A stretch of 64,000 bases of DNA from Saprolegnia diclina VS20 (lineage: Eukaryota). This document shows positions 23,005 to 35,791 of this stretch, piece by piece. The DNA is taken from assembly GCF_000281045.1 (NCBI RefSeq), contig NW_008246077.1:657264-721263 (forward strand), read 5' to 3'. Each line of letters begins with the position of its first letter. Within the stretch, counting starts at the first letter, position 1. The position numbers and the translations under genes are program-made. A model generated the notes under the pieces. It was not told where the DNA came from and did no database searches. It was given only the letters and a program-made list of their open reading frames with translations.

Positions 23005-24580
23005 TTACAATTGCCACCGATGGGCTTGGATCGCAGCCAGCACGTCCGTCGGAAGGCGGGCGCTCTCTTGAAGCGCGCGACGGGCTTCAAAGTCGTCGGC
23101 CACGAGGACGCAGTCCGCGGCACTCGACAGCGCCACGCGCACCGCGGCTTCTTCGAGCGACGACGACGGCACACCAAACGTCGTGAGCTGGTCGTGGATG
23201 TCCTTGGCGTCGTTGGCAGCAATCATCTGCAATTGTGTCAACACTCGATCGACAGGACACTATGGTGTACCTCGATCGACGCGTCAAAGTATCGCAAGAG
23301 GTCGCGAATCGCAAACGAGTAGGCAAATGAAAACTCTTTGGTCGCTTCGACTTGGTTGAGCGTCTCGAGGATCGCTTCGATGCGCGGCAGAATTTGCGTC
23401 TCGCGGATGTAAACCCACTCGGCAAAGTTGTCAAACTGCTCGTGCTGGTACGCAAGAATGTGCGCCCACGCAATCTCCTATCCAGATCGATCCGATAGTA
23501 TCCAAAACAACGTATCCAATCCACAAGGGATAGTGCATACGTCAGGCGAAGGCACGCTCGTTGCATTCGCCGGGTAAATGGTCTCGCGGTACTTTTGCTC
23601 GACATTGAGCGCGAATGCAAACGTCTCCTTGAGCTTGGCCGCGATCTCGTCGCCAGAGAGCTTGGCCGGCATCGTCGCCAAGTGCAGCGGCTTGGAGTCG
23701 CCCCCCGCAAGGACCGTCACGTCCAGCGGCTGCTCGCCGAGAAGTGCAACGCCCTTCGTTTCACGGTGCAGAGCAAACGCCAAATTGCTTTGGACGTTGA
23801 CCGGCACTTGAAGCGCGACGCAGCCGGGCTGCCACACGTCGTCGGCAAAGAGCACGTGGCGCACAAACGCCTCGGTCGCCTCGGTAGAGCTTGAGGACGG
23901 GAAGGCAAAGCCGTAGCCTTGAATGTGCCCCGCCGAGATGCTACTTTCGAGTGCAGCGATCGCGCCCTGCAACAGCGCCTTGTCGTGCGAGTCAAGGAGT
24001 TCGCAAGGCAGACGAAGTAGCACCACGTCGACCGTCTCGACGTCCAGCGCGCGTCGAATGCGCTCAATCTGGTACGTCACGGCCTCGGGCGACAGCTTCT
24101 CGTCGGGTCCTACAAGCGATTGTGAGGCGAGGGCGAGAGGGCAAGCGGCGTACGCAACGCGGCGCCATCGATCTTGTCGTCGAGAAGCGCGCTGAGTACA
24201 ATGTTTTCGCGCGGGACGCTGTCCTCCGAGAAGAGCTCGTTGAGCGCAATGGGCTCGGCCGCGTGCGTGACCGAGACCGCATCGGCCTGCGACGGCACCG
24301 TGTACCAAAAGTGCGTCTGGACAAAGTTGTGCTGGTGCGTGAGCACGGCCTCCTTGAGTTGGTGGAGCAGCTGCGACTCCTTCGTGAAGAGCACGGGGCT
24401 ACCGTAGCCCAGCGGCGTGATCGCGAGAGACGCGGTCGGCAGCTGCAGAGATCGCTGCGTCGTGACGTTGGCATTGGCGACAAAGGCCTGCGTGCCCTCG
24501 GAGGTGGCGCGGCCCATGTGCAATAGCGCCACGCGCGAGGCCACGCGCAGCTTCGGAAGCTCTCGGAGCACAGAGAGCAT
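23005..24580 (-). CDS. Aldo-keto reductase-fold protein, catalytically degenerate, with presequence-like N-terminus
   Basis: GRATSEGT, ITPLGYG, SPEAVTYQIERIRRALDVETVDVVLLRLP, LESSISAGHIQGYG and ALQVPVN match the AKR barrel pattern. Confidence 0.7.
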
Positions 24581-25967
24581 GGTCGCGATGAAGGACTTGG
24601 AACGACGGGCCTGCAATTGCACTGTTCCAATCACGCCGCTCCAGGTTCCGGTTACTGTCGCAATCTTCCGGATGAGCACCCGGTGCCATCATCGTGGCGC
24701 CAACACGAGCCAACGCCCTCGGTGGAAGCCACTTGGGTGGAAGCTAGTGGTGGTACTCGCAGTGCTACTACACGGTGCGGAGGTGCGATTGGCGGGCTAC
24801 GTAGGAGGCATTGATCGCGCGAGCCGTAGCGGCAGTCGGGTTTCGGATCTGGCTGCTGACAAGCCAGAAGCTGACAACGTAGAGTCGACCAGCGTAGTTG
24901 AAAGCACAGAAGATGACACCGTGGTTATGATGTCCGTGTAGCTCTGTACTCGATCGTCGGCTGGCGTGATGGGTAATGTGCGTCATTGACATGGAACAGC
25001 GCTCGAGGTGGGCAGGACGATAACTGTGGGAACCCCATTTTTGATTTGTAAACGTTCCGCAATCCTTTGTCGTGCGAGGATCCCGACGGCAAGGATGAGA
25101 ACGTTGCGTGAGTCAGAGCGACATCACGGAGCTATCCGGTGGGAGTCAGACGAGCGATTGTCCGACCTCGAACCCACCGCCACAAAGTAGCTCCAATGTG
25201 CAAGAATACCAAGGCGAGTTACAACGATATGTATTTGCAGCCAAGTACTAGCTCATTGCAGTTGCATGCGTTGGGAACGACGTCGAGAACGCTACCGACG
25301 TGTCGTTGCGGTGCACTTCAACGTGTACCCACCCAGCAAGAGGTGGAGCGATGTCGACGCTTCGTTGCATCGAGAAGCGCTGCGCAAAGACGCGAAGCTT
25401 TTTGGCCCTTACCGGCGTGAGCTCCCTCGCGCAGTAACCTCGGGTTTTCGGACAAGGTGACCTGTCGCGTGAGATCGTCCACCCCTCTTCGAGCAGCCCA
25501 ACGTATCACCGACAACGCATGCTCGACGCCAATCGAAGCTACTACGAGTTCACATAGCATGCGCTCGATGTGTATATACCCACCACACCGACAGCAGCAC
25601 CCAGCGTCCACAGCGTCCACAGCGCGGAGACAGGCGCGCGCTTCTATGCGCATCGCCACTCGGCATAAACGCGATTAGCGCGTCATCCGCTGCTTCGTCG
25701 CCACGTGGAAGCATGCTACGTGAGGCTTTGAGGGCGCTTTTGCGTCAAATCACTACGACCTTATCGTGGGTTCTCGAGGCATTGCGAGCGTCGACCGGCA
25801 CGTCAATGGTGGTGGCACCCAGACTGGATCTTCCTCTGAAATTTAATATAATGGAGCGCGGTGATTGGCCACTGCGCGACGATCGCAGCGATTGCAACAT
25901 TGCGTGTCGTCGTGCAGCTGATGGGCGACCGCGATACTCGGACCAAGAGAATCGAATTGGATCAGTC

Positions 25968-27775
25968 ATGGGCTTTACGTGGTTTGGCATCGGCGTACGC
26001 TCCAAATGGCGATCGGCGGTTGCTCAGCGCTATGAGGTAGAAAGGCCGGCAGCTCGTACAGGCCGCCAAGGAAGGCGACGTCGAACAAGTCGCCATGCTC
26101 CTCCGGAAGCGCGCCAACCCCAACGCCAAGAAGGCCGTACGATAGCCCTTTGTGTACCTCGGCCATCTTCTTACTCTTGGCTAGGGTATGACGGCGCTCT
26201 TCTACGCCGCCTCGAGCGGCCGCGTCCCGATTGCGATGATGCTCGTCGAGGCCGGCGTCGACGTCAACAAGAGCACCTCGGTACACACCGCCTATACCAG
26301 CAAGTGTACTGACTACGCCTAGCTCGGCGAATACCCCATCTACATTGCGGCTGCCAACGGCCACGCCGAAGTTGTCCAGATCCTCGTGACGGCCAAGGCG
26401 AACGTCAACAAGGTCAAAAAGGACGGCGACTCGGCGCTGTACATTGCCGCGGCGAATGGCCACACGCGCATCGTCGAGATGCTTGTAGCGGCCAAAGCCG
26501 ACGTCAACAAGACCAACAAGGTAGAAATCGCCAACTATCAAGTTGATACGTATGCTCGATGGTGGTCAGACGGGCGACCTTCCAATCAAGATGGCGGCGC
26601 AGGGCGGCTTTATCGACATTGTCCGCATCCTCATTGGCGCCAAGGCCGACATGAACAAGTGCGACGAGGTACTCGATTTCCGTTGTCCGCGAAGGCACCA
26701 AATTGGTGTAGTTTGGCTTTTCCACGATCTACGTGGCCGCGTCGCACGGCGAAGATGAGATCGTCCAGCTCCTCATCGATGCTGGCGCCGACATGGACCC
26801 GTCCAAGGTACTCTCTACGCTCTGAGATTCATATCTAATATCTGGTCTTCGTTCTAGTTGTTCAACCCGATCCACATTGCGACCGTGAACGGCCACCGCA
26901 ACTGCGCCAAGATGATCAAGCAAGCCATGCGTGCGGCGCGTGCGACGCGTGCGCTCAAGCACGTGCCACGCGACGAGCTGCCGCGGCTCGAGTACCTCGG
27001 CAGCGGCGTCCAAGCCTATGTCTACAAGAGCGAGTACCACGGACAGGACGTCGCGGTCAAGGTCTTTCTGCGGCGCAACAAGGCGTCGATCCCGATTCTC
27101 GACAAGGAATTCGATTTGATCTGTCGGCTCGAGTCGCCCAACATTGTGCAGCCGATCGTCGTCTTTCGCGAAAACATTGGGCCCAACGAGCCGCTCCAGA
27201 TCGTGACCGAGTACATGGACGGCGGCAGCCTCGCCACGTATCTGCGCATGCGCCGCGAGCACGTCCCAACGGCCTTTGAATTCTCGACCGTCGAGCTCGC
27301 GCTCGCGATTACCAAAGGCGTCTTTGATCTGCACACGAACGACATTATGCACCGCAACCTCAAGTCCTCGAACGTGCTCCTCTCGTCGACGGGCCAGCAC
27401 ATCAAGCTCAGCGACGTGGGCATTCCGCCCGTGCTCCAATACGACCGCATGAGCGACGCGCTCGGCGCCGCGTACTGGGTCGCGCCCGAAGTGCTCTCAG
27501 GCGAAGAGCACACGTTTGCGTCGGACATTTACTCGCTCGGGATTGTCCTTGCAGAGATTGAGACCTTGCAGCGCCCGTACGCCAACGTGACGAAAAACGT
27601 GTGGGAGATCCTCGACGACGTCAAGCGCGGCGAGATTCGACCGGAGCTCATGGCCGACTGCCCGCCGTCGTACCGCAAGGTCGTCGAAGGCTGCTTGAAG
27701 CGCGACCCGATCGAGCGCCCCAACGCCCTCCAAGTGCTCGAGTGCTTTGTGTTTGCCGTGCACGCCAACAAGTAG
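25968..27775 (+). CDS. Ankyrin-repeat TKL-type protein kinase (probable pseudokinase)
   Basis: About six ankyrin repeats on separate small exons, then LGSG, VAVK, HRNLKSSN, LSDVG, YWVAPE, SDIYSLG and RP. Confidence 0.9.
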
Positions 27776-27817
27776 GATTGCTTTCGATCCTACCACAAAA
27801 TTCGAGTTGTATTGTCG

Positions 27818-29197
27818 CTACATGGTTGTCTGATGCGGCCACGACGACGGATAGGGTTGCGTGTACTGTGCCACGGCTGGGTGCTGCTGCTGCTGGTGTG
27901 GTTGGTGGTGGTGGTGTTGTTGTTGCTGCTGCTGCTGGTACATGTATTGTTGCTGCTGGTACTGTTGCATGTGATGCTGGTATTCCAACTGCCGCTGGTA
28001 GTCTTGCAGCCTCAGTGCTTCGGCTTGTTGCTGCAGAAGCGCTTGCTCGTGCGCTTGTTGCTGCATAAGCGCTTGCTCGTGCGCTTGTTGCTGCAGAAGC
28101 GCTTGCTCGTGCGCTTGTTGCTGCAGAAGCGCTTGCTCGTGCGCTTGTTGTTGTTGCTGCTGCGCTACGTAGTCGTGCAAGAAGGCGTGAACCGCGTGCA
28201 TGGCGATCTCGCAGTGCTCGCGCGACCTTGTTCAGATGAGGCTAATATGAAAACATAAGTTCTGATTTGGCACATACCCGTGGATGCACAGCGTCACGTT
28301 GGTCTGCCCGCGCGGCGGCGCCTTGCCCAGCGTAATGTACGTACCCGACATGTCCTACAATCCGCTCGGACAACAACTGCAGGACTAGAGGTACCATGAA
28401 ATGCTTGAGCCCCGCATCGTCGTTGGCGTGGAGAAGCTCGACAATGTCCATAGGGATCTGAATGTAGACAGCCTCCGAGAGATCGACGCGGCGTCGCGTG
28501 TTGGACGCATTGGCCGCCGTGGTGTCGTCGTCGTCGACCATCATCATGTCGTCATTGGCACTGCAGACGCTTTATCATCATGGTCGAGTGCGGAAGAAAT
28601 CGATATTACCTCTCGCCGACTGCATGTGCATGCGGTTCGGTGGGTGATGCTGCATCTGTCGTGGCAGTCGGCGTCAACGTGGTCCGCGCGTTGTCGCCGC
28701 CCGACTTGGTGGCGCGTTGCACCTTGTCCATGAGCTGCGAGTTGGGCAAGAATTCGTCCACGACAAAGGTAAAGTCGATGCAGTGGCTCTTGACCCACGC
28801 GGACGTGAGCACTTGGCCATGGAAGCGGCGCTAGATCGCAATGAGGCGCGATTCTGCACGTGCCGATCGCTACCTTTTGCATGCAGTGGTCGCGAAACAT
28901 GTCGTTCGTGACGACAAAGCCGTCGTGCTTGATCGCATAGTCAATCACGTAGTAGTCGTCGTGGGCTTGCGGCGGTGTGAGCACGAGCTTGGCCTCGGCC
29001 ACGAGCGCCCGCACTTTCTCCAAGCTCGCCTCGTCCTGAAAGTACTTGGTGCCATCGAGCCAGTAGCGCGGTGCGAACGCCACGCAGCGCAGCTGGAGGC
29101 GCGCAAAGTAGTCCAAGGCGGCGCGCACGCGGTCGATCTGGAGGTTGCCGGCGGTGATCGTTGCCACGTTGGCTGCGTCCAGCACTACGAGGGCCAT
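27818..29197 (-). CDS. NYN/Zc3h12a (Regnase)-like PIN ribonuclease with KH-like domain and Gln-rich C-terminus
   Basis: VVLDAANVA, LTPPQAHDDYYVI and VTNDMFRDH carry the full acidic active-site set. Spliced KH-like segment and polyQ tail. Confidence 0.85.
28024..28163. repeat. 30-bp coding tandem repeat (QQQAHEQALL) about 4 copies
   Basis: gcgcttgttgctgcagaagcgcttgctcgt repeated, within the Gln-rich exon. Confidence 0.9.
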
Positions 29198-29295
29198 TCC
29201 GAGTATCGTCGCCTTTGCCGCCGATGTCCAAACTGGCCGCCGGATAGGATCCCGAGCCATCCGGATAAAAATTGCGTGTTGCCAAGATCTCGGCG

Positions 29296-32200
29296 ATGGA
29301 CTTCGAGCGGCGGCTCGCCGACATGGACTGGCGGCTCGTCGACGCCTTCGACCTGCAGCACATTGACACGGTGCTACTGCAGGAGATGGTGCCATCGGTC
29401 ACGTACGGCCTCGTGACCGAGGCCATGTGCGCGTCGCCGCGGCTCGCCTGCAAGCTCATTTGCATCCTGCAGCTCTTGCTCGAAATGTTCATTGGCTGCC
29501 GAAAGCACGACGCGTACGATGTGCAATTGCTCCAAGACGACCTCTCGAGTGCGCTGCGCGACCGAGATGGGTACCGCTTGCGGCTAAAGGAGGCGCTTAC
29601 AGACACAAAGGCACTCAAGGTCCAGCTCGCGCGAACAACGACCTTGCTCAAGAGCTGCGGCCACGTCTTGCATGCCCACGGGTGCTCGCCGCACGCCATT
29701 GCTGCGCTCGAAGCGCTTTTGGCTACGCCATTGACAGCCAACGCCGATGCTACCGTCAAGGTGGCGCACCTCTGCGCGTTCTGCGGCAAGGCGTTTGGCA
29801 CACAAGACTACCTCTTAAAGCACCTCGAGCGCCGTCATCCGGGCGGCACGGTCGATGCAGCGTCACCGGTCTGCAGCGAATTGCAAAGAGCGCTGAAAAA
29901 TATGCTATGTATATAGGAAGAAGAGGAACCGACGGTCATGTACGCCAAGCCAACGACGACACGGAGCAAGCCATCCTTGCCCGACTACCAAGCCATTCTG
30001 AGCAAGCTCGAGACGATGCTTTCGCAGCACGAAGTGTCGATACGCGCGGTCGCGGCCGACGAGACGGCCAAGCTACAGGCGATGCAGACCGAGATGCACC
30101 TCGAGAGCGGTATCAAAACGGAGCTGCACGTCGCGCGCGCCGCTGTCAATGCGCGGTACCCGTCCTCTCGACCACACGACGCTGCAGCGGGGTGTGTCAT
30201 CATGACATGTCTAGGCTGGACGACGCCCAGCGTCACTTGGCCCACATTCTGGAGGAGCGTGACGACGCCATGGTACCTGCCGCGGACGCGACGACTCTGC
30301 TTAGGGGCGTGTGTGATAGAAACAACTCTTGGAGCTCAAAGACGAGATTGCGCTGCTCAAACAAAAGCAAGCGATGCAACCAGCACCCCCGCGTGTCGAC
30401 GTTGTCGTGCCCGACGTCAAGGACCGGCTGACGATCGAGCGGCTGCAGGCCATCGTCGAGCACTCCAAGGACGCCCTTGCGATCGCGCGGGACGACTTGA
30501 AAACGACACACGACAAGTACGCCGACTTGCTCGTGGCGCACGAGCGCACGAAATTCGAGCTCGCAGCTGTTGAGAAAGACCTGATGCATGCGCGACAACC
30601 GCCGACTCCAGTGCCAACAGCGTCCGTCATGTGTCAAACCAACTCTGCAGCAGACACAAAGGACGCGGCGGCGCAAACCGCACCTCCGCCCGAGCCGCAG
30701 AGGATCGAAGTACCCATCGTGCCCGAGCAAGTCCACGTTCTACCAGCGATGGCGGCGCCTGCCGTTCAAGCCACACCTGCAGCTGTGGAAGTGGCGCACA
30801 CCGGTGTACAAACCGACGCCGTACTGATCGACGCTCCATTCGAACCGCAAGCGGTGCCCGAAGCAGCGCGCGTCGAGGTCGTGTCCGAGCCCGTCGTATC
30901 CGAGCCGACACCACGTCCAAGCGTCCGGCTTCCGCCCGAGCTCGTTGCCGTGCACATCGAAGACGTTTTGGCGCAGGTTCTGGCGCGTGCCGAGAGGTAG
31001 ACAGCTCGCCTGTGTCGACAACTGTAGTACTTTTGATGTAGACCGGATGCGAAGCCGGCCACTCTCGCACGCAACCATGAGCTGGCGCGTCGTCCGTTCC
31101 TCAAGAGCGTCTGGCCTCATAGCGCGGCAGCAGTCGAGTCGCGCATCAAAGAGCACTTGGCGACGCTGGACCAAACGTGCGAGCGCTACGGCGTGAGTCG
31201 GTTAGCGACCAAACTGAGTCATTCGCAGCACGCGCTCGCGACGACGGCGCTCAAGGCCCACTTGCACGCAATGCCGGTGGCCGTGTTGCAGAAAATGGTG
31301 GCCATCGATACGACGGCCGAAGCACTCGTGACCTCCGAGTGGATCCCAAATGAAGCGTCGCGGCAGACGGCATTGGCCGCGATCAAGACGCGCATGGACG
31401 AGCAAGATGCGACGCAAACCCACTGGGTCATGCGGATTCTTGAGAAGAAGACGTCGCCCGATGCCCCACCCGCGACGACGACGACGCTCACAAAAGTACT
31501 TCGACGTCCGCCACCAGTCGACATGGCGACCACCGACAAGTCTGACGCGGTGCACGCACCACCGACAACGCACATGCTCGTTGACGCTATCGACGCATCG
31601 AGCTTGCCAACCGAGCGACACCACGAGTCAACCGTGGTAACTCTGGAGAGTGCGCACATACACGACGAAGATGTGCCCGTGTCGGCGGTGTCCCAAGAGC
31701 CAAAGTCAGTGACGTCGACGGCATCGGCCATCTCGCTCGACCCAGCACCGACTCTGATCCTATCACGAGTCAGCCCCCACGAAGTGGAAGCATCTGCGTC
31801 CGCTATGCCAGAACCAAGGGCGGCCACGCCAGCGCACCCTGGGCTCGATACTGCTGAGACCACGGAAGCGCCACCGGCGGAGGCGCCAAAGGCGGGTCAC
31901 GTCATCTCTGTGGGGCGTAAAGCGGCGCCGCGCGAAGAGGAAAGAGACGAGACACGCAGCGGTGTTCATACCCCGCCGCCGATCATCGCAGCGCTGGGGA
32001 TCTCTCGGGACGAAGCGCCTGTCACGGATGCTCCGAGGACAAACGATGACGAGACGACAGATATTGCAAGCCGAGCTGCGCCGCGCTCCAACGAGGATAC
32101 TGTCATCACAACACCTTTTATCTCTGACACCACGCCAACAGAAGGCGTCTTTGGCAACGACAGCGACGATCTCGAAGCATTGCACGAGGTAGATACCTGT

Positions 32201-33325
32201 CTGCGTTCGACTGGCAGTATTATGTGCGCATTAGCTGAATCAAGATGCCGACGTGGAGGATGAGGACGGTAACGACGACAGCGAAGATCGCAATACTCTT
32301 CAGGACGTCGATCGGTCGCCCACCGAGGTATCGAGTCGATCGTGGAGCAAATACGACAGTCATCATGCCACATGTCATAGGACACGCCAGCCCAGAGACC
32401 GAAGGAAGTAAAAGCGTCGAGCAGTCCTCCTTCCCTGCAGCAGGATGGCGGTGGCACGTATCGATACGCTGTAGCGTCCGTCGATGACATGCCCGACGAC
32501 GACGACATCCAAGAGCTCGACATTAGCGACAGCATGGTATCGACGCAACCTCGCACAAGCGTCTTGTCGGGCGACATCTCGGGCGACGAAGATGAACCAG
32601 TGATTCCAACCATCGACGAGGACACACCACTCGTTGAAGAACACCACGATGACGACGACGCGTCTCCGATTGAGGCCGCAAAAGACGCCGACTCGGAAGA
32701 CGAGGTGACTCCAGCTCCAGATCGAGGCGACGTCTCGATGACAAGTGTGGACGATCCCCAAACTGGATCTGGCCACGACGAGACGCCAACCACACCCATC
32801 GTTGAGACGTCCACGTTCCAAGCCAGCAGTGTGCTTTCGTCCATAGAGTCGATCCCAGATGACTCGGTGGTCGAGAGCTCTGTCCTTGACGCGTCCGTGT
32901 TGGAATCCTCCGTACTTGACGACTCTGTCGCTGACGCCTCTGTCGAGTCCTTTATTGCTTCAAGCCCCGCTGTTTTGCGCGGGAGAGACATGGACGACGA
33001 CACGTACGCGCGGCCAAAGACGGCGCCACGCATGAGTCTCCGCGACAGCTTGCTTCAGACCAAACAGTCGGCTCCTCCTCGTTCGACGTCGTTTTCCCGC
33101 CCGAGCATCAACCGTTGGGGCCGTGACGATGACGACGACGACACGCTGCCAGATGCAACGCCACTGCAGAGGTGGGTCATAGACTCCGATAGGACGTATT
33201 CTCACGGTATCTCGTCTGTAGTCTGCGGCACAATGCCACGATGGGTACGTCCTCCATCGCTTGTCCGAGCGATCTCATACTTGGATGCCATAGACGACGA
33301 CTTGGAAGAAGAAGAGCTGGCGTAA
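29296..33325 (+). CDS. DZIP1/Iguana-like cilium assembly protein (Dzip-like N domain, C2H2 finger, coiled coil, acidic disordered tail)
   Basis: MDFERRLADMDWRLV...LQEMVPSVTYG, CAFCGKAFGTQDYLLKHLERRH, and coiled-coil exons. The 3' half could be a separate gene. Confidence 0.75.
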
Positions 33326-33341
33326 TCAAACGACACAAATA

Positions 33342-34096
33342 CTAGACATCCAGAGAAGCTAGGTCGCCGACGATGTCGCGCGGAGGCAGTACGTGCACCA
33401 GTAGTAGCTTGAGCGCGACCCCAAGACCTTCGTTGGTCTTGGCGCTTACTGGGAAGCAGTCGAGTCGCACTTGCTCGTGCCACATTTGGTCGTCGGCCGT
33501 CAACGGCTGTTTGACAGGGCAGTCGGCTTTGGACTGAAAGACCACTGCCGGGAGCCCGAGGTGGGGATGAGGGCTAGGGTACATTGCCTGCAGCACGTCG
33601 TAGTAGGCCTGCACGTGCTTGCAGCTCGAGGCGTCGGTCGTGCTTGCGACAAAGATGACAGCATCGGCACCTTCAAGGTACGTTGTCGCCTTGGAGAGAT
33701 GCGGCGTCGACGGTACATCCCACATCTAGTTCGTTCGTCCCGTCAGCCAAAGCGACAGTCTAGAAATACGTACTTCAATCACAATCGTTGGTCCCCCGTC
33801 GAGCTCGATCGACTTGAGACCAATGTTGACTAAAGCCACGGAGCAAAACACCGTTAAAAGAGTTGGCAAGTACCTCCAACGTCGACACGCGACTCGCTGG
33901 GCTCAAAGTGGTTGCGCAAGAGGCGATAAAAGATGCTGGTTTTGCCAACTTGTGGACCGCCGAGAAGGAGCACCTTGATCTTCTTGAGGGTCACCACGTC
34001 CTCCGAGACCTTGGACTTCCGCACTACGTTCCGATTGCTCAGAATGCGCACTTGAGCGCACTTGAGCAAGGCACCTGTCGACGCCACGGGACCCAT
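33342..34096 (-). CDS. Atypical Rab/Ras-like small GTPase
   Basis: G1 GGPQVGKT, G3-like WDVPS, G4 SKAD, G5 SAK. Three exons. No C-terminal Cys motif. Confidence 0.85.
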
Positions 34097-34312
34097 GCCA
34101 ACGTTTCGGCGGCAAAATTAAAACCAATTTTTTTTCGTCCGACGGACTCGACCAAGCCAGACCCTCTCTGTACAGTCTCTTGGATTCCAAGCAAGAGCGT
34201 GGAGCTTGGGAGCATGCATGCATTGCGGGCTGGTCTACCTCGTAAGTCGTTTCTTTCTCACACTATTTCATGTGTCTGCACTATTTGTAGGTTGTCTAGG
34301 ATTTACAGTGAA

Positions 34313-35477
34313 ATGCAAAGTCGAAATTCGAAAAGATCGCCGATGCATGCCCGAGCGCGGCTGGCGGCGGCCTACAGCTTCCCGTGGACGGTCTACGGCG
34401 TGAGCTGGAGCAACAGCCGAAGCGAGAAGGTCCTCGCAGTCAGCAGCATCACGGAGGAGTACGCCAACCACCTCCAGATCCTCGAGCTCAACGAAGCCAG
34501 CCCCGACGGCGCCGACATGGTGGACGTCGAGACATCCAAGACGTCCCGGTATACGCTCAGCGTCAAGGCTGGCATCGAGCACCCGTACCCGCCGACGCGC
34601 GTCATGTGGTCGCCGGCGGCGATGCCCGAGACGCGGCTCGCGACAACGGCCGACTACCTGCGCATTTGGCACCCGCAAGAGAACGGCCTGAGCTTGAGCG
34701 CGATCTTGAGCAACAACCGGACTGGCGACTCGTGCGCGCCGCTCACATCCTGCGACTGGAGCGAAATGGACCCCAACATCCTCGGCACGTCCTCGATCGA
34801 CACGACGTGTACCATCTGGGACCTCAACGTACACAACGCCTCTTTTGTTTCGCAACTGGACTCTCGCGTAGAACACCAAGCAGGCCAAGAAGCAGATCAT
34901 CGCCCACGACGCTGAGGTCTTCGACATGGCGTTCTCGCCTCTCCACGGTGGCAGCAATATCTTTGGGTCCGTCGGCGCCGACGGCTCGCTCCGTGTGTTT
35001 GATATTCGGTACTAGCATACTGCCGCTGCAAAAGCTTGATGTTGACGATTTAGGTGCTTGGAGTCGTGCACGATCGCGTACGAGACGCCGGACCTCAGCG
35101 CGCTCTTGCGGCTCGCGTGGAACAAGCACGACGCCAACTTTGTCGCCGTGATGCTCGTCGACAGCCCAACCGTCCTCGTACTCGATCTGCGCATGTCGGC
35201 CTCGCCGTATGCGCAGCTCACCAACACAAAAGAGGCCCACAACACGAACACCGGTCGACCGCCAAGCGTCAACGCCATGGCGTGGTCCCCGACTTCGGCC
35301 CACCACATTTGTACAGCAGGCGAAGACCACGAAGCAATCATGTGGGACACGCGCGTGCACGTGCCCGTCTTGCAATACTCTGGCGGGTCGTACATCAACG
35401 CGATCGGCTGGTCCCGAACAGCCCCCGAGTTTCTCGCCATGAGCATCGACAAGACACTCCACGTCGTCACCATCTAG
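34313..35477 (+). CDS. DCAF7: WD40 protein of the DCAF7/WDR68/AN11/TTG1 family
   Basis: [59 protein letters not shown] and LLRLAWNK. Confidence 0.92.
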
Positions 35478-35791
35478 TACAACACTCCACGTCGTCCCGA
35501 TTCTAGAGCGTTTTCAGGCAAAATCTGGTTGTGAATTGCATTCACAAACCAGTCGAATTCACTGAATCCGGCTCTACCAGATTTTGACCAGGTCGCTCCA
35601 GGAATCAAACCAGCAATCGAGCGCCCGCATCTCATCGTCCACATGCGGGAGACATGCTGCTACTTTCACTACAGAGGGCAAAGGCGATGTATCTTGGCGT
35701 CCGATGCTTTGCAGAGATGGTGCGATGGTCGATGTCGACGCCGATGGAACGTCAGGAGGCAGGGCAAAGACGTCGTGTGTTGCGTTGGCTC

